Part shown: in pieces, positions 25,511-38,299 of the stretch
Layout: every line of letters begins with the position of its first letter
Position numbering within the stretch: the stretch's first letter is position 1
DNA from: Octopus sinensis
Taxonomy: Eukaryota
Direction: 5' to 3'
Assembly (NCBI RefSeq): GCF_006345805.1
Contig: NC_043001.1
Span: 3,720,001-3,784,000 of the forward strand
DNA length: 64,000 nucleotides
Made by a program: the position numbers and the translations under genes
Notes under the pieces: generated by a model
Told to the model about the DNA's origin: nothing
The model's database searches: none
The model's input: only the letters and a program-made list of their open reading frames with translations

Positions 25511-28329
25511 ACTTTAAATTAAAGCACGACTCATTTTTACCAGCTGAGATGACTAAAAAAAATTGAAATAAAGTGTTTTGCTCAAGAACACAATGTGTCA
25601 CTGGGAATCGAACTCATGCCCATACGATCATGAGCCGAATACCCTAATATCTTAGACACGCCAAGAAACACTATCGACGTATGGAAAATAAACTGATTAA
25701 AATGCGACAGTAGCCAAAGAGCTTGGAAGCAAGTCATACATGCTTTCATATGCACGTGTGTGTGTGAATGTGTGTGAGTGTGTGTGTGTGAATGTGTGTG
25801 AGTGTGTGTGTGTGAATGTGTGTGAGTGTGTGTGTGTGTGTGTGAGTAACTGTGCGTGTGCTTGTGTGTATGTGTATCTATCTATCTATCTATCTCTCAA
25901 TATGAGCATGTGAGTGAGTTCGTATGCGATGGATCTACGCAGGAGAGACAGAGTGTATATAAAAGAAAGTGTAGTAATATGAGAGAACGTGTATGAGTGT
26001 AGTTCTAGTTGAGGTTTCCATGTCATAATCAGGTGATATACAGAGCAGAGCACATGATCTGTTCAAGAACGACTGGATTGAGAGGAAGATGTTGTGATGT
26101 TATCTTCACACCAAATATGAACACAAAATCATGCGAGGAAATGAACAACCCACATTCTACATCTGCACTTATAATGAATGTCACAGCATCACAGTATCAT
26201 CGACCAAATCATCAGATAAACTGCTGGTCAATGTGCGCTTCCAATTCTGATTGCGCAATTCATTTCAATCTTCAATCTTCTAAATTATTTCAATCTTCTA
26301 AATGTGTTAACTAAATCTTTGTGGAGGCTTTCCTTTGCAGAGCCAGAACATCGAGCTTGAAATCCATGTCTCCATTGACATGTTCCAATAAATTACATTC
26401 ACTGTTTCATCTTAAAAGCTGAAACAATAATGAATGTGTCATGGATTTAAAGCCCTATAATCTAAGTTTGTTGATTAAGTATTGACCTGATACTCAAATA
26501 ACAACGACAACAATCAACAACAATAACACTGTGACTGCTCTTTGAAAACACCTACAACGATGATGGCAAATACTCATTCCTCATGGCTACATTAAATTAC
26601 ACCCACCCACCACCCACTAGAAATTAGTGCTTAAAAAAAACTACTTTAAAATGCTACTTCCCATTTGGTTGTTAAAATACTGGTAACCCATCGACTTGAC
26701 GCGGTGCAATATAAATCTAATTCACAATTCTCCCATAGAATAAAATGGTCTTTGCATACTGGCATTTGATTAAAGGTGAGATTTATCTCTAGTCTGGCTA
26801 ATTTCCAGATCCAGATGTAAGACAGGGAATTAGATTCAGCAGATTTAAATTGGCAATTAAATGTGATAACATTCAATAAACACGCTGCAAAATGTAATAC
26901 AAAAATATGTGAATTAGTTGGAGTGTTTGACTGAGAAAGATGTAAAAATGTATATTAACTTTCTATAGCAAACGTATAATCTGTGTTCTCTCACTTAACA
27001 CAAATGTCTTATATTTGACACATTCATATTCGATGTTATTTTGCTTTCTAATTTTCTTTATAGTTTTTATTTTATTATTTTATTTATTTTTACATTCCGA
27101 TTTCTTATGCCAACATTTTTTCTTTTTGATTTTTTATGATTACATATTTTATGCATATCTTTCTTTTAATTTCTAAATATAGCCACTTTCCATTCATTTC
27201 TGACATGGTAATATTTATTCAGGAGTTCTGTAGAGCAATAAATAATACCTTTGAGGAAACCGAATTCTCCCCATTATTTATATGAAGGAGAGAAAAAAGA
27301 AAACAGAAGAGAGAGAGAGAAAAAAAAGAGAAACGATTGAATTGGTAAAGGCAGGCTGTGATTTGGCATGTTCTTAAGTCAGTGTTCTCAACTTATTTGA
27401 TATATATGCCTGTGACAGATTATATAAATCATTATTGCAAGGAATTCTTCTTATGCGGCATTGACAAAGTAGTAAATTCTTAAGAAAAATAATTCAAAAC
27501 CATAAGTCATTTGAAATGAGAGAAAATAGATGTGAATTTATTTTACAGAAATACAGACCACTTGACCATATGTTAAATAAACGCAGAGGAGAAACTTCTA
27601 AATCTAGCTGGTTGCTGTTTGCTCTTGGCGACTGCAGGAACTAGCAACACTGGTAAAATAAAAATATTTGAAACGAAATAATCAACTATGAATACAGAAA
27701 TAGCATTTAGTTACAGGGAATCAACATATCTATGCATACACGTACGCACTATAAGTGTAGGCATGACCGTGTGCATAAGAGGTTCACTATCTAACCATGT
27801 AGCTTCAGGTTCATTTCCAGTGTGTGGCCTCTTGGATGAGCCGTTTTATAGCAAAGGGTCAACAAATACCTTTTGAGAGTATTTGGGGAATGAAAATAGG
27901 ATGTTGCACATTGTAAATACATGTCGGTGCGTGTGTGCGAGTATATTTATAAATGTGTGCGAACGCCGATCTTCCACGTTTGTCATTGCATACATAATGG
28001 AATGGGCTGAAAATACTTAAGGGAACGAAGAGCATTTGAAAGAGTATAAGGGGACAGTGTATTACATTATAATTATTCTTTCCAACGTAGATGTGTGTAT
28101 AAAGAATATCTCACTGAATCGACTGGACTTGCAGTGGTTGTCAACACCTTTGGTCACAATGCGCTTCAAATTTCTTTTTGATTCCGAACTTATTTTCTAT
28201 TTTGGCCCAAAGGTTTTAACTAATTCATTCTGGGTGGCTTTTTACGAACTCTTTTATACCACGCAGCAATTGCAAGGTTTCACCTCTTGTCTTTAAACCA
28301 GGCGTCATCTTTGCGCCAACAGACCTTGT

Positions 28330-28644
28330 GGAGGCACATGCCCTCGTGGTTAGAGCAGCGGACTCGCGGTCGAGGGATCGCGTGTTCGAATCTCAGACCG
28401 GGCGATGTGTGTGTTTATGAGCGAAACACCTAAGCTCCACGCGGCTCCGGTAGAAGGTAATGGCGAACGTCTGCTGACTCTTTCGCCACAACTTTCTCTC
28501 ACTCTTTCTTTCTGCATCTAGCACCTTACCTGCGACGGACCGGTTTCCCGTCCAGATGGGGAACCTATACACCAAGGAAACCGGGAAAACGGCCAGTATG
28601 AACCAAGCGTGTCTCGAGAAGGAACAGACAACAACAACAACAAC
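28330..28644 (+). mobile_element. SINE family C' (C head/body, different 3' tail, (AAC)n end)
   Basis: tRNA-like head GGACTCGCGGTCGAGGGATCGCGTGTTCGAATCTC. The target-site duplication is 12 bp (AACAGACCTTGT at 28318-28329 and 28645-28656). Confidence 0.88.
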
Positions 28645-28699
28645 AACAGACCTTGTACTTTTGCCATTATGAAATTACATCATTCACTCGACTCCCTTC

Positions 28700-28990
28700 C
28701 TGAATTACCTTATTCAAAAAGATATTTCTAGCATGGAACATTCCGTAGTCGTTTGTGTCGTAGCCAATCGATATTCTCTTTTCTTCGCAGTAGACTTCAC
28801 CTCACTTGCTTCTAAAAGCGCAAGTAGGATGGGGTTACCGAAGGATTTGTTAGGTAAGGTGTTGTCCAGTTTTTTTGAAGTAGCTTTTATTGGAGCAAAC
28901 GCCTTCCACCCTCCTGTTATTCTTCTCGCGATTTCTACATCCATGTTTTCACACATATTCAGTGTGTACTCCAAGTAAACGTACACCATT
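28700..28990 (-). pseudogene. RTE-clade LINE fragment (post-RT region)
   Basis: YVYLEYTLNM...EIARRITGGWKAF...ILLALLEASE...RLATTQ...ML matches the RTE motif YVYLG...EIARRI..GWKAF...ILPAMLYASETW. Confidence 0.75.
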
Positions 28991-29595
28991 AGCACAAACA
29001 TTGCATTGCTTCACACTTCTATTTGGCCCTGTGCGACATCTTTGGATTGGTTGTACTTAGCTTTCATGTAGTTACGTTAAAGGCCTATCACCGAGCTATT
29101 AGCGTCTCTAAAAGCATAGTTTGTGCCACTGACAATCTACTTCAGTATATTCCATTCAACCCACGCAAGCATTGGATAATAAACGATAGAACGGTGGTGC
29201 TAGTGATGATGATGATGATGAATACAACGTCGACATGTGGATTAATGCAGAGCATATACATCAATGCAAACGTACGTATAATTTCTTCTGTTCGGAAATT
29301 AGTACCCTATGAAGAAGGTTGTGAAACGGCTGTAATCCTATGTAAGTCACGTGGTTAAACAAATACATATCCACTATTTATATATCCTGACTTTATGTAT
29401 ACACACATATGTATGTATATATTTGCATGTATATAGGTATATGTATGCGTGTATATGTATATATAGGTGTATGCATATGTACATATGTATATATATATAT
29501 ATGTGTGTATGTACATATAAATATATATATGTATATATATATGTATATATTTATATATGTATATATATGTATATATATGTATATATATGTATATA

Positions 29596-29636
<41 letters not shown>

Positions 29637-29903
29637 TATATATACAATGGAATTCTTCCAGTTTCCCTTTACCAAATCCACTCACAAAGCATTGGTCTAT
29701 CCGAAGGTGAGAATTTATATAACCTGTGTTGTTACTAGCTTTGTAGATGATAAAGAATCTATTTGGGTCCCTGAATTTACTTTTGCGAGTTGTTAAGGCC
29801 TCACAACTTTATTTACATCGATCTCTTATAATTCTTTGTATCATAATCGCATAAAATGTCTACTAAACTCGCAACCAATCCTAACGAAGTAATTCGTTAT
29901 CAT

Positions 29904-30545
29904 TGTAGCGTTGATCAGAAACCTAAATGCTATGTAACCGGTTAAACCTCAAGAACTAACCACAACTGTTTCACGTGATTGGTATTTTAAGCAACCAATC
30001 AGCATCAAGCTATTGTGAGATTCAACTTGGTGCTACCTTTTTCTTGAACCCTATATAAACCCAATTACGGCATCAAGACTCTCTTTGCAGAGCGTTGAGA
30101 CCTGATAACTCATTCACACGTCTCACCTCCTGTTAGACAGAGTTTTCAGGCAGCCGTGCGATATGTGCCTTGCATTCTTTTCAAATCAATTGTTTCCAGA
30201 CATTTGTGCAGACATCTCCAGTTTCTTAGACAGACCTAACTAAACATTCACACAATGTCCCAGAAGTAATTTCTTCAAGCACAGCACAGCGTTTTTTAAT
30301 TCTCTCCCATTCTGCAGTTATTGCTGTTGTTATTTGTAAAAGGCCAGCACAATGTAACTCTGAGTGCAATACGAAAAATCTTATGTTGATTGTTATCGCG
30401 TTTTGCCCAGTTCTTTACGCAACCCAAGAAGCACATTTTTATTCATCAAATCAAGCAGACATCACCTTAAATCGAACCAGCGAATAAACGCTCTTGTGGT
30501 ACTGTAAGGTATTATCAACGGTGTCTGCGTGTGGATTTCATTACA
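29904..30545 (+). mobile_element. Possible solo LTR (alternatively a cellular Pol II promoter)
   Basis: TGTAG...TTACA ends with 5-bp flanks ATCAT/ACCAT. Internal signals are CACGTG+ATTGG (29972), CCAAT (29995), TATATAAA (30052) and AATAAA (30483). Confidence 0.45.
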
Positions 30546-30939
30546 ACCATCATTTTGCCTTTCTGTTGCCTCTTGTTGTGGTTCATATACAGTCGTGACA
30601 TTTGATCTTGTTTTGTTAATGACATATTAAAGAATTATACTTTTACAAATGGTCAGAGGCTCCCATACATTCTTGCAAAATCTGTCCAGCAGCGAGTCCT
30701 GTTTTCTTCTCCCTGCACACACATATCCACTTCTTATCTCTAGGATTCAGCCCTAAGACCTGATCGCCGCCATTTTCATCTGTCCACAGCTCTAATCCGA
30801 GCATTCATACTCTCTCTTCCTTAATATAAATATCTATTTAGTAAGAAACTTGCTCTTTTCTGAACACTTCCCACACACTTTAAACCCTCATCTTTTAACA
30901 CAAAGCAACTTTTCTTGTGGTTTGTGGCCTTGTAGCCTG

Positions 30940-31130
30940 AATGGTGACCTCAGCGGTGCGAGTAGAATGAAGAAGCCATAAAGTGGATGTCATTAGCAAG
31001 GGTATCCAACTGCAGCGCTCATGCCAAAACACACTTCAGCATGAGGAGTCCTCGGATTTGTTGGATGTTGTAAATCTGTCCAACCCATGCCAGCCGGGTA
31101 CACAGAGGTTAAATGAAGATGGTAATCAGA
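30940..31130 (+). mobile_element. Family D 3' end, diverged
   Basis: AAAGTGGATGTCATTAGCAAGGGTATCCAACTG...GTCCAACCCATGCCAGCC...GTTAAATGAAGATG. Confidence 0.6.
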
Positions 31131-31164
31131 TTACCTCTGTTGCATTATTTTATCCATCCAAGGC

Positions 31165-31745
31165 GATGAGCTGGCAGAAACTTTAGCATGCCAGGCGAAA
31201 TGCTTAGCGGTATTTCGTCTGCCGCTACGTTCTGAGTTCAAATTCCGCCGAGGTCGACTTTGCCTTTCATCATTTCGAGGTCGATAAATTAAGTACCAGT
31301 TACGCACTGGGGTCGATGTAATCGACTTAATACCTATGTCTGTCCTTGTTTGCCCTCTCTGTGTTTAGCTCCTTGTGGGTAATAAAGAAATAGGTATTTC
31401 GTCTGCCGCTACGTTCTGAGATCAAGTTCATCCGAGGTCAACTTTGCTTTTCATCCTTTCGGGGTCGATTAAATGAGTACCAGTTACGCACTGGAGTCGA
31501 TCTATGATCAACTTAATCCGTTTGTCTGTCCTTGTTTGTTCCCTCTGTGTGTCGCCCCCTGTGGGCAGTAAATAAATAGGTATTTTGTCTGTCTTTACGT
31601 TCTGAATTCAAATTCCACCGAGGTCGACTTTGCCTTCCATCATTTCGCGATCGATTAATTAAGCACCAGTTGCATACTGGGGTGGATCTAATCGAATGTC
31701 CCCTCCCCCAAAATTTCGTGCCTTGTGCTTTATGCAAAGGGTACA
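31165..31745 (+). mobile_element. SINE family A trimer (one head plus two headless units)
   Basis: Units restart at GGTATTT(C/T)GTCTG at ~31393 and ~31579. Confidence 0.88.
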
Positions 31746-32153
31746 AAACATTATTTTATCCATCCATTAGTCTGCCAAAATACATCCACGGACTACACGT
31801 CACTGTGCTTTTACTTACTCAAGGTTTCTACCTGATTTCTCTAGGTGTGGGTTTTCTGGCAGAGGTTCCCTTCAATTATAATTTGGAACACAGTCCCCAT
31901 TCCTATTCTTGTTTGTTACCAATCGCTCCACCCCTACGATTCATTGTTCCCGTGGTGGTTGTGTTACACGTGAAACCTTTTATGTTAGGGAAAGTAGACA
32001 ATATTCAAAGTTTCATGACTTGTTTAATGTGTACATACACGCACGCGAACACACACACACGCAGGCACAAATACATACACATGCATATACATATACACAT
32101 CCATATATGCTTGCATGTATACACATACGCGTCCATTCGCAGATACACGTATG

Positions 32154-32216
<63 letters not shown>

Positions 32217-32299
32217 CGGACATATATACATACCTTTGCACGTAAACATTCTAACATATATGCATACATATATATTTGCGTGTGTGTCTGTGTGTCTAT

Positions 32300-32365
<66 letters not shown>

Positions 32366-32372
32366 ATATGTA

Positions 32373-32404
<32 letters not shown>

Positions 32405-32704
32405 CTGTATTCATAGTGACAATTATATCTACTTGTATATATATAGGTCTCTATTTCTCTATTTCTCTCTGTATCTCCCATACAGTTAAATGCATATTTA
32501 ACTGTAGGAGGTTCTACACGCGTGTGTTTGCGTGTGTATACGTCGACATACGCCATACATGCATATATGCATTTATATTTATAATAAAACGAAAGCGCTT
32601 CCTGCAATTGCTGGAAACTCTAATTAATGGCCAGCATATCTACTTGTATAGAATACTTGAAATATTGCAATAATGAGCCCCGTGGCTTAGTTAGGGGCAA
32701 CACC

Positions 32705-32717
32705 TGACCTTTGACCT
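32705..32717. promoter_or_regulatory. Perfect DR1 nuclear-receptor-type site TGACCT-T-TGACCT
   Basis: Motif directly visible. Function is untested. Confidence 0.3.
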
Positions 32718-32924
32718 CTTCTAGATTATACGAACTCTTATGAATGGCTGGTAATTTGTGATAGAGGAGGAAAACAATAATCAATTGCTTTCCTTTGAAG
32801 TACCACTACAACAACCGCACGTATCTCGCTGGCGTTGGGGAACCTGCAAGGCCCAAGAGCACATCGTTTTCTTTGATGCCAAACTGAAAAAAGGGTAAAT
32901 AGATTAATGATAGTAATAGTAATA

Positions 32925-32987
<63 letters not shown>

Positions 32988-33675
32988 CAACAACAACGAT
33001 GACGACGATGAAGATGATGATGTTGATTTATTTACCAGAGGATTATCATTCTACAGTTTGTGTGTGTGTGTAAGTTGGGATTTACATAAATGATAAAGAA
33101 AGGAAGAGAGGGGTTAAGATAAACGTCTACATGGTATACAAAATATGTTAATCCGTGAATGCCTAAGTTTTCCTAATGTTGGAGATCCTATAGCTATGGC
33201 CAATAAGAGAAATTTAGGTCCAGGTTCAACGTGGCACCCAGTGGCACAAGCCCTTCACTAACTCTTGCCCTTCCATGCCTGCTTAGAGTCGGTCCGATAA
33301 TTGTCATCATTTTTTTCCACGGATACCTACCATTTGACGAAATCACTGGGATTGAACCACTTCAGATCAGAAAAATCGATTTATTGATCTCTGTTCTTCC
33401 TTGATGCACGCAGCCAATGAAACAGAAAATAAAACAGGAGAGATTCAGTTCAAACCTCGATAGCGGAACCACATGACTTTCAGCTTTTGCCACGCGAGCG
33501 TTGACAACAGTTTAGCCAACCGAAAGTTTTGGAGAAAGTATAAGAAAAATTTGAGTTCCTCTCTCGCGCGCATACACACACACACACACACACAACACAC
33601 ACACACACCACACACACACACACACAACACACACAACACACACACACCACACCACACACACACACACCACACACA

Positions 33676-33721
<46 letters not shown>

Positions 33722-33759
33722 AAACATACACGCACGTGAAAAAACACACATATATGCTC

Positions 33760-34190
33760 GAAATATGGAGTAGATGGACAGCCGACAACTGATGAAAGGT
33801 CGTTCTTTGTGTTACTCGTCCAATTGTTTCTCTCGTTGTTCATATATCCAAGTTTGCCTTCGTATTTCATGTTGTTTACGTTTTGTGACGTCCTGTACCC
33901 ATATAGGCATGTATTTATACATATATATGTAAGCATGTACCTATATGTATGTATATATGCATATATAAGTATATGTATATACGTATATATAAGTATATGT
34001 ATCTATACTTTTTTTCTCCGTCTTCCCTTCTTTGGATCTTTCCTTTTCCTATGTTTCTGATAAAGAGCTCCGCTGGAAACGTAAAACCCTCCTTCTTTTC
34101 TTCTTTCCTGAGCGTCCAATAATACTATACTTGTTCCACGTCCTCGCGTTGTTGTGTTTTCTGCTTGTTTTCACGTTTGGATTAACTATA
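33760..34190 (+). mobile_element. Penelope pLTR-like non-autonomous repeat with degenerate hammerhead motif (34053-34087)
   Basis: GUUU-CUGAUAA-A-GAGC(UCC)GCUG-GAAA-CGUA-AAAC followed by a ~100 nt tail ending in (TA)n. The left boundary is uncertain. Confidence 0.55.
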
Positions 34191-34502
34191 TATATATACA
34201 ACAAGGCACCAATGTTTGCTGGAAATAGCAGTCGATAACGATACGACGCCTGGCAAAGATGTTTGCGGGCAGTGAATATAATTTTTTTTTCCTTACCTCT
34301 GGCCAGAATATCGGAAAAATGGACTACCCAGTATGGATAATTTAGGATTCGAGTTTCAGACTTAACTGATGTGTGTTCTTGTCAGACAGTAGAGATTATG
34401 CGCTACAAAACGCAATATTGATCACTGCTGGCCAAAATGAAATTAAGACTGCATTGACTGCGAGTTTTATAGATACGTATTTCCTTATTGTTGCAGTTTG
34501 TC

Positions 34503-34549
34503 AATGGCGGAATATATAAAATGTCGCACTTGCAGTCACTTCCGGGCGG
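34503..34549 (+). promoter_or_regulatory. Candidate core-promoter motif cluster
   Basis: AATGGCGG (YY1-like), TATATAAAA, TCACTT (Inr-like), ACTTCCGG (ETS) and GGGCGG within 47 bp of unique sequence. Confidence 0.3.
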
Positions 34550-36189
34550 ATTTCGTTTTGCTTAGCTCTGATGTGTTTCATGTTTTTTTAACACAATACG
34601 TCTAGAAAAGGGATTTTTCACGGATGAAAGCATCCAAGCTTTCGCTTTACAACTACGCAAATAACATTAAATATGTTATATACAATATACATACAAATAC
34701 AGACACACACACACACAGGCGCTCACGCGCACGTGCACATATATGATGTTCATTGAAATTTCAATTCTTTCTCCATCATTGAGTTCTTTGCTAAATTCTT
34801 GCACAAATGTTCTTGTATTTATCTGAGCTATTCCTTTCGCTAACAGCATATATGTATATACATTATTATGCCTATATATATATATATAAACACACACACA
34901 CACACATTTATATATATATACATTCATACACACACACACATATTATATATATGCAGACTCATAAACGTTCACATATATACATATATGTCCATTTTGCCAC
35001 CTCCATCACCAGAAGCGACACCACTGCTATCACCACCACCACCACCACCACCACCACCACCATCGCCAAAAAGATATTTTAATATCTACAACAGTGTACC
35101 TATTATCAAAAGAACTTCGGAAATTCTTTAGAAGTTTCTGAATAATAGCAAAACAATATTTGTTTCAGACATCGGAATCTACAATGGGTATTGTATATAT
35201 ATTGAAATACATTTCAATATATATGGCTGCCTTTCTCACGCTTTTTCTCTGTCTAAAATTGTCTCTAATCTTCCGATTTCATTACCCACCAACCCTTCTC
35301 TTCGCATCCTTTTCTTTCTTCTTTCACTCTGTTTCAATATTTATCTTACCTTGTCTATCTTCCTTATCTTTGTATTATTCTCTTTCTGTCTGTTATTATC
35401 TATCTCTGTTACTTTTTTTTTCTCTTTCTCTGTGTATCAATTTTTCCCCTCTCCTCCTCTCTTTTCCTTTTTATCTCGCTGTAAATACATCAATTGATAC
35501 ACACATACATGTTTAAATATATACATCTAAATGTATATATATCTATGTGTGTATACACACATACATGAACACAATCACAAACAGACACGCATACACACAT
35601 GCGCCCTTTGAGATACAACCATAGACGAGAGTGTTGGCGCAATATTTTATCAGAGAGTGCGACTGAAGTTACTCTTTTAGCAATCTAACATTTCAGCAAT
35701 GTTAACCTTATCTTTCCTGCGTTTTTATTCTATAAAATATTTCAATCGGTCCATTTGCCTGTCATCATCAGATTCTATTATAGCTATTTCCCTAACTTTA
35801 CTTCAAACTCTGAGTTACAACACTCTTAATAACAACAACGAAAACAATAATGCCTAAGATTGATGAGTGAGTCTCTATGTAGTAATCTGACCTGCTAGAA
35901 ATAGCAAACAATTGGTTGCAATTTCTAGCAGGATTCGTCATTGCTGGAATATTTAGGCCATAAGTAATCTCATTCAAGCCAACGTTGACGACATAAAGAA
36001 GAAAAAAGAAGGAGGAAGAGGAGGAGGACGAGGAGGAGGAGCAAAAGAAGGATACATAATTGGAGACATCAAAAGCAACGACAATAACAGCAGCAACAGC
36101 AACAATAGGAACTCCAACTGCGACATTAGCAACAAATTGAGGACCAAGAAATGACATTTGTTTACGTGGGAAGAAATTTGAATCGAAAC

Positions 36190-36321
36190 CGAAATGGTTT
36201 CGGTTCAGTCTCACGTCTTTGCCGGTTAACCAGGTGACTTCTACTGTAGACTCGGACTGATCAAAGACTTGTCGGTCGATTTGTTAGACAGAAACTGAAA
36301 GAAGCGCGTCGTAAAGGTGTA
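36190..36321 (+). mobile_element. SINE family B 5' part, interrupted
   Basis: GGTTTCGGTTCAGTCTCAC...GAAACTGAAAGAAGCGCGTCGTA then breaks off. Confidence 0.7.
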
Positions 36322-37100
36322 TCTCTTTATATATAAAACTGAGAATGTGTGTCTGTCTGTCTGTGTGTTTCCCTAAAACTTGAGAACTACACAACCAATT
36401 TCTTTCAAATTTTACACATGCCTTACTTAAAGTGTCATCGGCAAAAAAATTTCTAACTTCTTGCCTAGGGCGACCCCACAGCAATATCATATCTTCTCCA
36501 CTATTTCAGTATTACGTGTTAAAAGCGAAACAAAACATCTCTCTATTGTAATGCAAACATTCACTTTAATACTGAAACTATTAAAGTGAAAGTATTATAT
36601 AACAGGGATGTAACATTTCCAGTGGTCATCCATTTTGCTAGAAGAAAATCCGCTAGGCTCTTATATGCTACACCACTGGTTTTCAATTCATATTAATCAA
36701 ATTAATATTCAATTTTTCACCCTTATTATTTGTTTGTGTGTGTATAAGCAATTCGTATAAAATTGCATCAATGACTTGAACTTGAATAAGTGGTTTCACA
36801 TAAATAAGGATAAATTAAAAAAGTTTGTTGTTATTATTACTGTTTGATTATTGTAATCACATTTGTTGGTTCCTCGCCAGGGAAGCGTTGTTATGTTGCA
36901 TTTGTTGAATAATTGTAAACCGTAACCCTCCCCCTTTCGGAGAAGGGGCTTTGGATATTGTTTAAAAATTGAATTGTGTCGCTGTTTTGGGAAATTGACG
37001 ATGTTTTCACCGCCTTTATCGGAGCATTTTTGTTAAAATGCCTTCGATAGAAGAAAGTCCAAAAATGAATTTCGCTGCAGCCGTACACTTCTATACAAGA
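36322..37100 (+). mobile_element. Non-autonomous Helitron-like element, 5' portion
   Basis: A|TCTCTTTATATATAAAACTGAGAATGTGTGTCTGTCTGTCTG start is typical of non-autonomous Helitron 5' ends. No CTRR 3' end was found, so the right boundary is a guess. Confidence 0.5.
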
Positions 37101-37149
37101 GGGAGGACAAGATCCAAATGATATAAATTGCAAGAGACGTGACTACAAT

Positions 37150-37400
37150 TCCACTCTGTTATATATTTTGAGTATTGTTATCCATAGCGATATCAAGATA
37201 TAACTTGGCCTCCACCTGTACTTGCTTGCAATGATTCATTCATGAGATTATGAGACAGTCGGGCCAATTGACGTTGGGGACGTTGAAATCACCCATAAGA
37301 AATATGGTCACGTGGTGTTCCGCATTCATGAGGATATCTTTAATTCTTGTGAGGCAATCTTCAAACTTGCCTATGTGATTTGGAGCATCCGGTGGGCAAT
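37150..37400 (-). pseudogene. CR1-type AP-endonuclease fragment
   Basis: [24 protein letters not shown]...[13 protein letters not shown] aligns with YRPP...FKECL...LMMGDFNLPGVDW at 61.8 kb. It begins at the (TA)n edge. Confidence 0.8.
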
Positions 37401-37408
37401 ATATATAT

Positions 37409-37439
<31 letters not shown>

Positions 37440-37446
37440 TATATAT

Positions 37447-37482
<36 letters not shown>

Positions 37483-37483
37483 G

Positions 37484-37525
<42 letters not shown>

Positions 37526-37548
37526 CAGAGACAGATAGATATGTATAT

Positions 37549-37579
<31 letters not shown>

Positions 37580-37671
37580 TAGATAGGTATATATATATAT
37601 ATAGACGTCTTCGTCTTTTGTTCGTTTCTCTTGTAAATATATATGTATGTATGTGTGTGTATGCATATATG

Positions 37672-37753
<82 letters not shown>

Positions 37754-37835
37754 TATATATATATATATATATGTATATATATGGATTTCGTAGACAGGAA
37801 CTGAAACAAATTGATATATATGTATGCATATATAT
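37401..37835. repeat. Compound (TA)n/(TAGA)n/(GA)n microsatellite
   Basis: Directly visible. Confidence 0.95.
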
Positions 37836-37839
37836 AAGT

Positions 37840-38160
37840 GTTTGTGTTTTGGTATTGGCAACATGAATGACAATGGCCAGAGACTACTTGAATTTTGCAC
37901 ATACCATAACTTGTGCATCACTAACAATTTCTTTGCCAACAAGACATCCCACAAGGCATTTTGGAGTCATCAAAGATATCACCACTGGCATCAGCTGGAT
38001 CTCATCATTACACGAAGACCCTTTCTGCATTCTGTTCAACTGACTCGTAGTTACCACAGCGCGGATTGTGACACAGATCATTCACTAATAAGAAGCAGGG
38101 TGAGCATTCTGCCTAAAAAGTCCATCACTCCAAGAAAATGGGCCGACCACGCATTAACAC
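37840..38160 (+). pseudogene. RTE-clade (BovB-like) AP-endonuclease C-terminal fragment
   Basis: [25 protein letters not shown]...HWHQLDLIITRR...TRSYHSADCDTDHSL. Confidence 0.85.
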
Positions 38161-38299
38161 TACCAGAACCTCCGACCCTACACTGCGACAATGTTTTGCA
38201 GTTTCTATCAAAGTTGCCCTCTGTAGCTGCCCAACTACCTCTGCCTAAAGTAGGTGGAATTTTATCAGGGAGGCTTTGTATAGCACATCAATAGATACT

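Noticed and set aside
29305-29330. Hammerhead-like words (ATGAAGAAGG...GAAACG; also CTGAAG...CGAAAG at 58083)
   Set aside because: No stem II or stem I complementarity, so they were not counted.
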